Positions 13,173-22,065 of a stretch of 32,855 bases of DNA are shown one piece after another. Source of the stretch: Ferroacidibacillus organovorans (GTDB lineage Bacteria > Bacillota > Bacilli > Alicyclobacillales > SLC66); contig NZ_LSUQ01000031.1 in the NCBI RefSeq assembly GCF_001642725.1, forward strand, positions 1 through 32,855. Direction: 5' to 3'. Each line of letters opens with the position of its first letter. The stretch's first letter is position 1. The position numbers were made by a program, and so were the translations under genes. The notes beneath the pieces are model-generated. The model was not told the origin of the DNA and did not search any database. It was given only the letters and a program-made list of their open reading frames with translations.

Positions 13173-14390
13173 ATGAACCATCGCAAACCGTTCATGGTGG
13201 CACTCGCCACCATGACACTCTTTGGCGCGCTCGACATGATCCGCGGTGTCGTCGCGCCCTCTTTGCGTGTGGATTATGCGCTGAGTGACGCGCATCTCGG
13301 CATGCTCCTCTCCGTCTCGGCGGTCGGCTACCTTGTGGCGAGCCTGATCAGTGGCTGGGTGACCGAACGCGTTGGCATCAAGCGCGGTGTCACCGCAGGT
13401 CTTTTCATCATGGTCGTCGGCGTCGGACTGACCGCCTTCGCGCCGTCACTCGCTGCGCTCGTCGTTGGCTATGCGCTTAGCGGCCTCGGTTCTGGCGCTA
13501 TGGAAATTGGGACGAACGCCCTGATACCGCTTGTGGCAGAACAGCAACAGGCGCGCTATTTCAACGCGCTTCACGCGTGCTATGGACTCGGCGCCACGCT
13601 CTCGCCGTTTCTCGCCGCGTGGTCCCTGCACGCGCTGCACAGCTGGCAGGTGCCGTACATGGTAGAGTTTTTCGGGTTACTTGCCCTGCTGATTCTCGTG
13701 CTCCCCATGCGCTATCCGCGCGTGCAGCATGTTGTCGCGCGCCCTCTCCCACCGCCGCTTGAGGAAGCGGCGCTCTCCGGCATTGTGGCAGAAGGCAGCA
13801 CGCAGGCGAGTGTTCGCATGGCGGAGGTGTATCGCTCCCCGGTGTTTTACGCGCTGCTCGTCGCAATCACCCTGAACGTCGTCGCGGAGACGGGCGTTGC
13901 CAACTGGATGCCGACGCTTTTGCGCCATCTCGGAAGTACGCCTGCACAAAGTGCGCTCGCCTTATCCGGGTTTTACGCGCTGTACACACTCGGCAGGCTT
14001 TTCATCGGACCGCATGTCGCGCGCATCGGCCTCGTTCGCTCCGTGGTTTACGCGTGCCTCCTATCGGCCGTAAGCATGCTCATCGGGCAGTTTGGCGCGC
14101 ATTCCCTGACTTTTTTTATGATCCTCTCCGGGGCGTCATTCGGCATCATCTTCCCGACGATCTCCGCGCTTGCCTCTGAAAAGTTTCCCGGTCGCACGGC
14201 GAGTGTGCTTGGCCTGCTCTTTACGAGCGCCGGACTCGGCGCCGCATTTGGCGCCTCGATGATCGGGTGGATCACACAGATCGCGGGTCTCATGATCGGC
14301 TTTTCGCTCGTGTCAGCCGCCCTCTTTTTAAGCGCGCTCGCCATCGCCTTTGCCCGGCGCCAGCCGCCGGAGCGTGATTCCTTGTCCTAG
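13173..14390 (+). CDS. MFS transporter (FucP/TsgA-like, probable sugar:H+ symporter)
   Basis: About 12 TM segments; motif A GWVTERVGIKR, FNALHACYGLGATLSP and VVAETGVANW typical of FucP-like MFS; starts 1 nt after the eno stop. Confidence 0.85.
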   Translation: MNHRKPFMVALATMTLFGALDMIRGVVAPSLRVDYALSDAHLGMLLSVSAVGYLVASLISGWVTERVGIKRGVTAGLFIMVVGVGLTAFAPSLAALVVGYALSGLGSGAMEIGTNALIPLVAEQQQARYFNALHACYGLGATLSPFLAAWSLHALHSWQVPYMVEFFGLLALLILVLPMRYPRVQHVVARPLPPPLEEAALSGIVAEGSTQASVRMAEVYRSPVFYALLVAITLNVVAETGVANWMPTLLRHLGSTPAQSALALSGFYALYTLGRLFIGPHVARIGLVRSVVYACLLSAVSMLIGQFGAHSLTFFMILSGASFGIIFPTISALASEKFPGRTASVLGLLFTSAGLGAAFGASMIGWITQIAGLMIGFSLVSAALFLSALAIAFARRQPPERDSLS

Positions 14391-14446
14391 CGACTCTTCT
14401 CGCCATTTCAGACATAGGCTAAGAATGGAGTGAGGAGTTGGGATCT

Positions 14447-15781
14447 GTGAAATTTCGCATCCTTGCGTACAGCCTGGGCAATCTCGGCATCAACCTATAC
14501 ACCCAGGCGTTTGCGACGTATGCGGTGTTTTACTACGTCGATCGACTGCGCGTGAGTGCGGCGCTGATCGGCCTCGCCATGGCTATTCACGGTTTGGCGA
14601 ACGCCCTTTTTAACCCGCTGATCGGCTATCTCTCCGATCGCACACAGTCGCGCTTTGGGCGACGCATGCCGTTCATGGTGATCGGCATCCTGCCCTTCGC
14701 GCTCGCCTTTTTTCTCGTCTTTCATCCGCAGTGGGCGGTTTCGTTTCACGCGAACGGTCCGCAGTCGCAAAGCGCGGCCTTCTTCTATTTTTTATTCTCT
14801 GTACTCACGCTTGACATGCTGTTTGTGATCGTCGCGCTCAACTGGACAGCGCTTTTTCCTGAAATGTACACCACGCTGAAGGAGCGCGCGCAGGCGTCAT
14901 CGTGGCGACAGTTCTTTGGACTGCTCGGCATGATCCTCGGTGTGGCGATGCCGCCTGTGATCGATAGCACGCTCGGTTATGAAGCGATGGCCGCGCTGTT
15001 TGCGGGACTCGGTTTTGTGACGTTTACCGTGTCACTGCTCGGCGTTCGCGAATCGCCACAGGCGCAAAGTTCGGCAAACGTGCCACTTTTGCGCGCACTG
15101 CGACTGACGTTTTGGAATCGCGCGTTTCTCACGTATGTAGGCGCCAGTTTTTTCGTGCAACTGGCGTTTGTTTTCATCATCTCCATCATGCCGTTTTACA
15201 CGGCGTATGTACTTCACGCGACAAGTGCGCAGACAACCCTGCTACTCTCCACATTCTTTCTCATCGCGATTCCTTGCGTGTACGTTTGGGGAACGATCGC
15301 TCGGCGGATCGGGGCGTACCGCAGCATGCTCGCGTCACTCTTCCTCTTTGCGGCAGCTCTGCTCCCATTTTTGTTCATCCGCAGTTACAGTGCGGCGCTC
15401 ATCGCGATTCTTCCGCTTGGCGCAGGTGTCGCCGGCGTTCTCATTTTGCTTGATGTGTTGCTCTCCGACGTGATCGACGACGATGAAAAGCGCTCTGGAG
15501 CGCGCCGCGAGGGGATGTATTACGGAGTGCAGGGATTCGTCGTGCGCTTTGGGATCACGATCCAGGCGCTTGTGTTGACCCAGGTGCTCGCGCACACCGG
15601 TTACGTCCCGCAGCGCATGGACCAGGTTCCACACGCTGTGCTCGCGATGAAGCTGCTGCTTAGCGTTACGCCGCTTTGCGCAATTCTCATCGGGTTGCTT
15701 TTTCTCTGGCGCTATCCACTTCACGGGACGTTTCAACGGGTTCCGGCAAACGGGCGAGCAGGAATGCACACAGGATGCTGA
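14447..15781 (+). CDS. MFS transporter, GPH/MelB family (glycoside-pentoside-hexuronide:cation symporter)
   Basis: NPLIGYLSDRTQSRFGRRMPF, ALFPEMYTTLKER and LSDVIDDDE...RREGMYYG motifs. GTG 14447 follows GAGGAG (alternative TTG 14438). Confidence 0.9.
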   Translation: MKFRILAYSLGNLGINLYTQAFATYAVFYYVDRLRVSAALIGLAMAIHGLANALFNPLIGYLSDRTQSRFGRRMPFMVIGILPFALAFFLVFHPQWAVSFHANGPQSQSAAFFYFLFSVLTLDMLFVIVALNWTALFPEMYTTLKERAQASSWRQFFGLLGMILGVAMPPVIDSTLGYEAMAALFAGLGFVTFTVSLLGVRESPQAQSSANVPLLRALRLTFWNRAFLTYVGASFFVQLAFVFIISIMPFYTAYVLHATSAQTTLLLSTFFLIAIPCVYVWGTIARRIGAYRSMLASLFLFAAALLPFLFIRSYSAALIAILPLGAGVAGVLILLDVLLSDVIDDDEKRSGARREGMYYGVQGFVVRFGITIQALVLTQVLAHTGYVPQRMDQVPHAVLAMKLLLSVTPLCAILIGLLFLWRYPLHGTFQRVPANGRAGMHTGC

Positions 15782-16949
15782 CGAGTGCAAAGAGAAGGCT
15801 GGCAGGTGACGCGATGCCGTGCCACGGATGACCCATCGTGTGCATCAGGAGGCCGCCGCCGCTCGCGCCAACGGATGCGCCAACGGCCATGGAGAGCGAG
15901 GCGACGCCAAAGTAGGTGGCGAGATGGCTCGCGTCGGCGAGCGCAGCCGTGTAGGTTTGGCGGCTGGGAAGCGCGATGACCGAGCCGATGGAAAGGCCGA
16001 CGACGGGGGCGAGCAGCGTGGCGATGTTGACAGTAAAGACGAGCGGGAGCCAACTGACGCCCATGATCAGGAGCCCAAGCCCCATCACGCGCGGCGCCGA
16101 ACGCATGCGCGCAGAGCGATTCATCCAAGCGATGACTGGATAGGAGACGGCGATCTCAAGGATGGCTTCGAGGCTGAACAGTTCGCCCAGCGCGGCGCGC
16201 GGAGGGTGCAGTGTCACGAGAATGTCCGGGATCGCGATGTACATTTGCTGATAGATGAGGTAATAGCCCATAAAATAGATGACAAAGCGCAAGAAGACGC
16301 GATTTTTGGCGATGGTCTTCACACCGGACCAAAGCGTCGTCGGCTGCTCGGAACTTTTTTGATTCGGGAGAATCCACATGCCCGCGACGCCGACGAGCGC
16401 AAAGATCAGGCCCGCGACGACGCAGATGAGAACGAAGTGATCGGTGACGAGAAACGCGCCGAGCACGGGGCCGACGGTCGTGCCAATGTTGCTTGTCGCT
16501 TGCCGGATCGTAAACGCGCGGGCGCGTGAAGACTCGGGCACAAGCGCTGCGAGCGCTGCGTTTCCGGCAGGGCCAAACAGCGCGCCGCCGATGCCAAACA
16601 GACAAGCGGCAGCGTAGAGTAGAGGTCCGCGCTCAACCACGGCGAACATGGCGAATCCAGCGGCGCGGATGATGCTGCCAAGGAGAATGACCAGACGGTA
16701 TGGCAGGCGATCGGAGATGGCGCCGCCAAACAGTTGGAGACCCTGTTGTGACAAGATGCGCACCGCGTAGAGATTACCGACAAAAAGCGCGGTTAACCCG
16801 AGACTCAGATAGTGGATGGAGAGCAGCGGGATGAGCATAAAAAAGCCGAGGTTCATAAAGAAGGATTCGGCAAATAAAAAATAGACGGGAAAGCGAAAGC
16901 GTGTCTGAATTGGTGCGGGCTGGTTTGGTTCAAAGATCATCTGGTTCAT
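15687..16949 (-). CDS. MFS transporter (MdtH-like drug/metabolite:H+ family)
   Basis: NLGFFMLIPLLSIHY, QQGLQLFGGAISDRLPYR, GALFGPA and NIGTTVGPVLG motifs. The ORF-track extension to 17468 runs antisense over secG and is rejected. Confidence 0.85.
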   Translation of the reverse strand: MNQMIFEPNQPAPIQTRFRFPVYFLFAESFFMNLGFFMLIPLLSIHYLSLGLTALFVGNLYAVRILSQQGLQLFGGAISDRLPYRLVILLGSIIRAAGFAMFAVVERGPLLYAAACLFGIGGALFGPAGNAALAALVPESSRARAFTIRQATSNIGTTVGPVLGAFLVTDHFVLICVVAGLIFALVGVAGMWILPNQKSSEQPTTLWSGVKTIAKNRVFLRFVIYFMGYYLIYQQMYIAIPDILVTLHPPRAALGELFSLEAILEIAVSYPVIAWMNRSARMRSAPRVMGLGLLIMGVSWLPLVFTVNIATLLAPVVGLSIGSVIALPSRQTYTAALADASHLATYFGVASLSMAVGASVGASGGGLLMHTMGHPWHGIASPASLLFALVSILCAFLLARLPEPVETSREVDSAREKATR

Positions 16950-16994
16950 AGAGACAAGATTACCACGATTGGGATCAGAATGAGACGTGTTTTC

Positions 16995-17023
16995 TTGTCC
17001 AAGGCATGCGACTGTGATATGCT
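16995..17023 (+). promoter_or_regulatory. SigA promoter of secG
   Basis: TTGTCC-17 bp-TATGCT with extended TG at 17015-17016. Confidence 0.7.
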
Positions 17024-17048
17024 GACCACGTACAAGACGTGGAGGTGA

Positions 17049-17288
17049 ATGGGATTGTTGACATTTGCGAAGGTGCTGCTCGCACTCTCGAGCATCCTTC
17101 TCGTCACGGTGATTCTCCTTCAGTCCGGACGCAGCGCGGGACTTGGCGCAATTACGGGTGGCGGAAACGAGGGCGGCGCATCCAGGCGCGGCAAGGGAAC
17201 CGATCCGATGCTGGCGCGCACGACGTCGATTGTTGCGGTGATCTTTTTCGCCGCGTCGATCTGGATTGCCTGGCTTGTTACTCACTAA
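17049..17288 (+). CDS. secG: Preprotein translocase subunit SecG
   Basis: 79 aa, two TM segments, VILLQSGRSAGLGAITGG motif; SD GGAGGTG; usual position between eno and rnr. Confidence 0.95.
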   Translation: MGLLTFAKVLLALSSILLVTVILLQSGRSAGLGAITGGGNEGGASRRGKGTDPMLARTTSIVAVIFFAASIWIAWLVTH

Positions 17289-17295
17289 ACGGGAC

Positions 17296-17339
17296 AGAGC
17301 GCATTGAGGTGAGAAGGTACACCTCGATGCGCTCTTTTT
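17296..17339 (+). terminator. Intrinsic terminator of secG (long stem, possibly bidirectional)
   Basis: AGAGCGCATTGAGGTG-loop-CACCTCGATGCGCTCT followed by TTTT. Confidence 0.85.
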
Positions 17340-18063
17340 ATACGGTGTTTTCAAAAAAGACTTCCGCAGAAGGTGCGCACAGGATGGCGCCTTGACGCAC
17401 CACCGTATCGTCGGGGATCGACACGTTGACAAGAACCGAAAACGGTTCGATTGTGCAACGCCTTCCAATTTTTACATTCTCTAGATAGGAGGATGCTCCG
17501 ACGATCGTTTCTGCGTGAATCTCGACGGGTCCATGGAGTTGGCAGCCTGTCTCAACGGTGACATGCTCTTCAAGAAGAATCGGCGTTACGCGATTTTCAC
17601 CAGCGTGCAGGGTGTCGAGTGTCGTGAGCGCGCCGATGGTCACGCCAGGCCCCAGTCTCACGTCGGACGGGTCGGCGAGAAAGCGCGTGACGGTAGGATG
17701 AACCTGTGGCAAAAGCGTGCGCATCGCGTAGAATTCTCGGTTGGCTACGGGTGGTTCGGGTTGCGTCGTCGAAGCAACCGCGGGTGAAGCGGTCGCAGGC
17801 GTTGGTGTTGGCTCGCACTCGATGGGCTCAATCGACGAATGCATAGGTTCAATCGGCGAATGCGCGGAAAACGGTGCGCGGAGGTTCACGGGTGCTACAA
17901 ATTCGGGCTTACGCACAGGATGCACGCGCTTTTTCCGAGGGTTGAGCAGAGTGTGCTCGATTTCCGTGTCGATGTCCCAATCGCGGATATACTGTGTAAG
18001 AAGAAGCGCGGCTAAGGCGCCTGTCATGAGCACCACGAAAAAAGGGGCTCCTCGCTGTCGCAT
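17338..18063 (-). CDS. Hypothetical membrane-anchored protein with C-terminal hexapeptide-repeat (left-handed beta-helix) domain
   Basis: SD AGGAGG; N-terminal TM FFVVLMTGALAALLL; Pro/Thr/Ala-rich linker; hexapeptide pattern VRLGPG-VTIGAL, VTVETG-CQLHGP-VEIHAE-TIVGAS, VKIGRR-CTIEPF. Confidence 0.7.
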   Translation of the reverse strand: MRQRGAPFFVVLMTGALAALLLTQYIRDWDIDTEIEHTLLNPRKKRVHPVRKPEFVAPVNLRAPFSAHSPIEPMHSSIEPIECEPTPTPATASPAVASTTQPEPPVANREFYAMRTLLPQVHPTVTRFLADPSDVRLGPGVTIGALTTLDTLHAGENRVTPILLEEHVTVETGCQLHGPVEIHAETIVGASSYLENVKIGRRCTIEPFSVLVNVSIPDDTVVRQGAILCAPSAEVFFENTV

Positions 18064-18227
18064 GGTTGAATCCTCCTGCGCGGTGATTCAATTTACAATG
18101 CAATGTTGAACATGCGCGCATTTGGTAGGATGTGCCACGGATTGAACTTTCATGCTGATAGGCAAAAAAATCGGATCAGTGAGTGGGCTTGCGCGTATTT
18201 TGACGTATGCAGAGAGGATGAAAAACG

Positions 18228-20807
18228 ATGATTGATCGAGAGCAAATTCTTGTCCTGATGAGGGATGAGGCGTATCGACCTTTATTGATGGAAGAGTTGG
18301 AGATGGCACTTGGCGTTTTGGGCGAGGATCCTGACGCGCGCGCAGAACTGCACGCGCTCTGCGAAGAGATGGTGCAGGAGGGATATATGATTCGCACGCG
18401 CACGAAGCGCTATGGCGTGCCGGAGCGTATGGATCTCGTCGTGGGAAAGCTGCAAGTCAAACAAAAGGGGTTCGGGTTTCTCGTACCCCTGCATACGGCG
18501 GAGTCGGATGTGTACATCGGCGCGGTAGATCTTGGTGGCGCGATGGATGGCGATCGTGTTGTTGCGCGGCTGAAAAAAAACGTGGGCACGGGGCGGCGCG
18601 AGGGGGAAATCTTTCGCGTCCTGAAGCGCGCGCACACGCAGATTGTCGGGGTTATCCACACGACGGGGAGCCTCGGCTTTGTGCGCTCGGATGATAAGCG
18701 GTTGCCGCGCGAGATCGTCATTCCTGTAGACCAGCTAAACGGCGCTGTGGACGGGCACAAAGTGGTGGTGGAGATCACCGAGTTTCCGACCGATGTGTTT
18801 CAGAGTCCGGCGGGCGTCGTGCGCGAGGTACTTGGGTTTCCGCATGACCCGGGTGTGGACATCCTCTCGGTGATTCGCAAATTCGGAATCCCGGAACATT
18901 TTCCGGATGAGGTGTTGCAGGCGGCCGAAACGATTTCTTACGATCTGACAGACGCTGATCTTGTGGGACGACGGGATTTGCGCGACGAGGTCATTGTGAC
19001 GATCGACGGGGCGGATGCGAAGGATCTTGACGACGCGGTTTCGGTGAAGCGACTGGAACACGGCTATGTTTTGTCTGTACATATTGCGGATGTCACTTAC
19101 TATGTGAAGGAAAACAGCCTGCTTGATCGCGAGGCGTATGCGCGCGGGACGAGCGTATATCTGGTGGATCGTGTGATTCCGATGCTCCCGCCGCGGCTCT
19201 CAAACGGTATATGCTCGCTTCATCCACAGGTGGACCGCTTGACACTCACATGCGAGATGGAGTGGGACGATGCGATGCATCTTGTGCGCCACGACATCTA
19301 TCCGTCTGTCATCCGCACGACGGAGCGGATGACGTATGACGCGGTGCGCGATCTCTTACAAGGCGATCAGGCGACGCGAGAACGCTATGACGCACTCGTG
19401 CCGTTTTTTGAGGGGATGAAGGAGCTCGCGTTAAAACTGCGCCATCGTCGCATGGAGCGCGGCGCAGTGGACTTTGACTTTGCCGAGACGAAGATTCGCG
19501 TTGACGAAGAGGGGCGGCCACTCGATCTTGTGCGTCGCGAACGCAGCATCGCTGAGATGATTATTGAGGAGTTCATGCTGGCGGCGAATGAAACGGTGGC
19601 GGAGCACGCGTACTGGATGGAACTCCCGTTTCTCTATCGCGTGCATGAACCACCAACACTTGAGAAGATGACCGCGCTCAATGAATTTGTTCATCTGTTC
19701 GGTCATCACCTCAAGGCGGCGGGCAACATTCATCCGCGCGCGCTGCAGGATTTGCTCGCGGCGGTGCGGCAGACACCGGAAGAAGTGGTGATCAGCCACG
19801 TGATGCTGCGCTCGATGAAGCAGGCACGCTATGCGGCGGTGAGCCTTGGGCACTTTGGGCTCGCGGCGGAGTATTATTCGCATTTCACATCGCCGATTCG
19901 CCGCTATCCGGATCTGATGATCCATCGCATTTTGCGCGAGACGATTGTGAATGGAAGTTTGTCTGAGGGGCGCGTCGCGCATTTGACGGCGAAGATGCCG
20001 GAGATCGCCGCACACACGTCGGATCGTGAGCGGGTGGCGGTAGATGCGGAGCGGGAGACGGACCTGATCAAGAAGATCGAGTTCATGCGGGATCACGTTG
20101 GCGAGTCGTTTGAAGGCATGGTGTCGGGGGTCACCGGGTTTGGTCTGTTTGTGCAGTTGGACAACTCGGTTGAAGGATTGATCCACGTCAGTCAGTTGGC
20201 GGATGACTACTATCACTATGACGATAAGCAGCATGCGTTGATCGGCGAGCGCACGAAGAAGCGCTATCGAATCGGGGATCGCGTGGAGGTGCTGGTGCAG
20301 GCGGCCAGCAAGGAGCAGATGCAGATTGAGTTTCAACTGCTCTCGGCAGTGGCGGGCGACGAGGTGCGTGAGTACCGGCGGCAGGGTGCTTCAAAGAAGC
20401 CAGGCATGCCGTTTTCCGGTGGCCCGCGCGGAAAGAAGACGGATGGTGAGCGCCGTGGGAAGAGTGAGCGGCAGCGGGGTAGCGCAGAAGGTAGGAGGCC
20501 GGGTGGCGAGCGCGTTGTTGCAAACGGGCAGGGGTTTGGTGATGGGCGGAGTGGACGTAACGGAAGGCCTGCCGTGGCGGAGTATGGTCGCCGCGATCCG
20601 GAATCGCCGGATGTTCGCTATGGCGAGCGGGGGCTTTTGCCGCGCAAGGGTGGGTATGATGTGAGTAAGCGCGCACCAGATGAACAAATGCGTGAGGAGC
20701 GCACGCGGGATAAGGAATTGCTTCTTCAGGTGGAGAATTTGTACGGTGTGCCAGTCAAGGATAAGGTGAGGCGGCGCAGAAGAAAGAAGACGCCGGACAA
20801 GGTCTGA
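18228..20807 (+). CDS. rnr: Ribonuclease R
   Basis: Cold-shock domain KGFGF, RNB catalytic TIDGADAKDLDDA, HFTSPIRRYPDL, S1 domain GVTGFGLFV and a long basic C-terminal tail. Confidence 0.97.
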   Translation: MIDREQILVLMRDEAYRPLLMEELEMALGVLGEDPDARAELHALCEEMVQEGYMIRTRTKRYGVPERMDLVVGKLQVKQKGFGFLVPLHTAESDVYIGAVDLGGAMDGDRVVARLKKNVGTGRREGEIFRVLKRAHTQIVGVIHTTGSLGFVRSDDKRLPREIVIPVDQLNGAVDGHKVVVEITEFPTDVFQSPAGVVREVLGFPHDPGVDILSVIRKFGIPEHFPDEVLQAAETISYDLTDADLVGRRDLRDEVIVTIDGADAKDLDDAVSVKRLEHGYVLSVHIADVTYYVKENSLLDREAYARGTSVYLVDRVIPMLPPRLSNGICSLHPQVDRLTLTCEMEWDDAMHLVRHDIYPSVIRTTERMTYDAVRDLLQGDQATRERYDALVPFFEGMKELALKLRHRRMERGAVDFDFAETKIRVDEEGRPLDLVRRERSIAEMIIEEFMLAANETVAEHAYWMELPFLYRVHEPPTLEKMTALNEFVHLFGHHLKAAGNIHPRALQDLLAAVRQTPEEVVISHVMLRSMKQARYAAVSLGHFGLAAEYYSHFTSPIRRYPDLMIHRILRETIVNGSLSEGRVAHLTAKMPEIAAHTSDRERVAVDAERETDLIKKIEFMRDHVGESFEGMVSGVTGFGLFVQLDNSVEGLIHVSQLADDYYHYDDKQHALIGERTKKRYRIGDRVEVLVQAASKEQMQIEFQLLSAVAGDEVREYRRQGASKKPGMPFSGGPRGKKTDGERRGKSERQRGSAEGRRPGGERVVANGQGFGDGRSGRNGRPAVAEYGRRDPESPDVRYGERGLLPRKGGYDVSKRAPDEQMREERTRDKELLLQVENLYGVPVKDKVRRRRRKKTPDKV

Positions 20808-20892
20808 CGGGGTGAAGGATATCCCGGGGATAGAAGCTACGCATGGATGGAAGGGGATTCGCAATTTGTAAGCGGAGTGTCGGGGAGGGGGA

Positions 20893-21876
20893 ATGGGTTT
20901 GCGTCGGGTGATCGCGTTGGGTGAGGCGCTGATTGACTTTTCTGCGCTGGAGGATAATGTGCCGCTAAGAGAGGTGGCTGGATTCGCGCGCAATCCGGGC
21001 GGAGCTCCGGCAAACGTTGCGGTGGGTGTGGCGCGCATGGGCGTTGCGTCGCAGTTTGTGGGGTGCGTGGGGGATGATCCGTTTGGCCACTCTTTGATTG
21101 AGGCGATGCGCGTGTATGGTGTTGATGGGACGCACACGCACACGGTGGCAGAACAGACGTCTCTCGCTTTTGTGGCGCGAAATGAAGGGGATCCGGACTT
21201 TTTCTTTGTGCGGCATCCGGGGGCGGACGTGATGCTGCGGGATGAGCACGTGGCGGAACTTGCGCTCGATGAGGAAGCTTGTCTTCATTTTGGCACGAAC
21301 TCACTGGCGGAAGACCCGATTGCCTCGACGCTGCGAAGGCTTGTCACGCGCGCGCGGGAGGCGGGTGCGCTTGTGAGCTTTGACGTGAACTTGCGTCCGG
21401 TGTTTTGGCGTGATCTGCGCGCAGCGCTTGCCGCTGCACGTGAGATGATGGCCCAGGCAGATCTGTTGAAGGTGAACCGCGCTGAACTGTTGTGGCTGAC
21501 GGGGGAGCAGGATGTGGAGCGAGCGCTTTCGGCGCTTGTCGCACAAGTGCCGGGGACGGTGCTCTGCACGCTTGGTGAGGGCGGCGTGTGGGCGCGGCGC
21601 GCGGACGGGCTTGATGTGCGTGTCACGGCGAACCGCGTGGCGTGCGTCGATGCGACGGGCGCGGGAGATTCGCTGATCGCGGCGGTTCTTTCGGTGCTTG
21701 CGCGCCGGGGCGTGGGGCGTACAGGGCTTGGGGAGCTTTCACGCGGTGAATGGGAGGAAGTGCTGCGGTTTGCCTCGGCGGCGGCGGCGATCAACATTGG
21801 GCGGCTTGGCGCGATGAACGCGATGGCGACGTATGCAGAGACGGAGGCGTTTTTGCAGGCGGCGGGTAAACCGTAG
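20893..21876 (+). CDS. PfkB-family carbohydrate kinase (fructokinase-like)
   Basis: LGEALIDF, NPGGAPANVA, VGDDPFG, SFDVNLR and DATGAGD motifs. Confidence 0.92.
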   Translation: MGLRRVIALGEALIDFSALEDNVPLREVAGFARNPGGAPANVAVGVARMGVASQFVGCVGDDPFGHSLIEAMRVYGVDGTHTHTVAEQTSLAFVARNEGDPDFFFVRHPGADVMLRDEHVAELALDEEACLHFGTNSLAEDPIASTLRRLVTRAREAGALVSFDVNLRPVFWRDLRAALAAAREMMAQADLLKVNRAELLWLTGEQDVERALSALVAQVPGTVLCTLGEGGVWARRADGLDVRVTANRVACVDATGAGDSLIAAVLSVLARRGVGRTGLGELSRGEWEEVLRFASAAAAINIGRLGAMNAMATYAETEAFLQAAGKP

Positions 21877-21902
21877 GGCACGCATAGACTGTAGGCGTGC
21901 GC

Positions 21903-21933
21903 AAAAAGCGCGGATGTTGGCACCCGCGCTTTT
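21903..21933. terminator. Bidirectional intrinsic terminator between the PfkB gene and pckA
   Basis: AAAAAGCGCGG-ATGTTGGCAC-CCGCGCTTTT. Confidence 0.8.
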
Positions 21934-22065
21934 ACTTCTCTTTATGCATATAAGCTCTCTCTTGGCAGTGGGCTGCGGCGTAGGTTTGGCAATAATATGC
22001 CTCACAATGACCAATGCAACACTCAGGCAATCTCTTCACTCAAGAGGATGCGCAAGGGCGATGTG

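Noticed and set aside
16950..17468. 173-aa N-terminal extension of the minus-strand MFS
   Set aside because: Antisense to secG and crosses its promoter and terminator; no MFS similarity.
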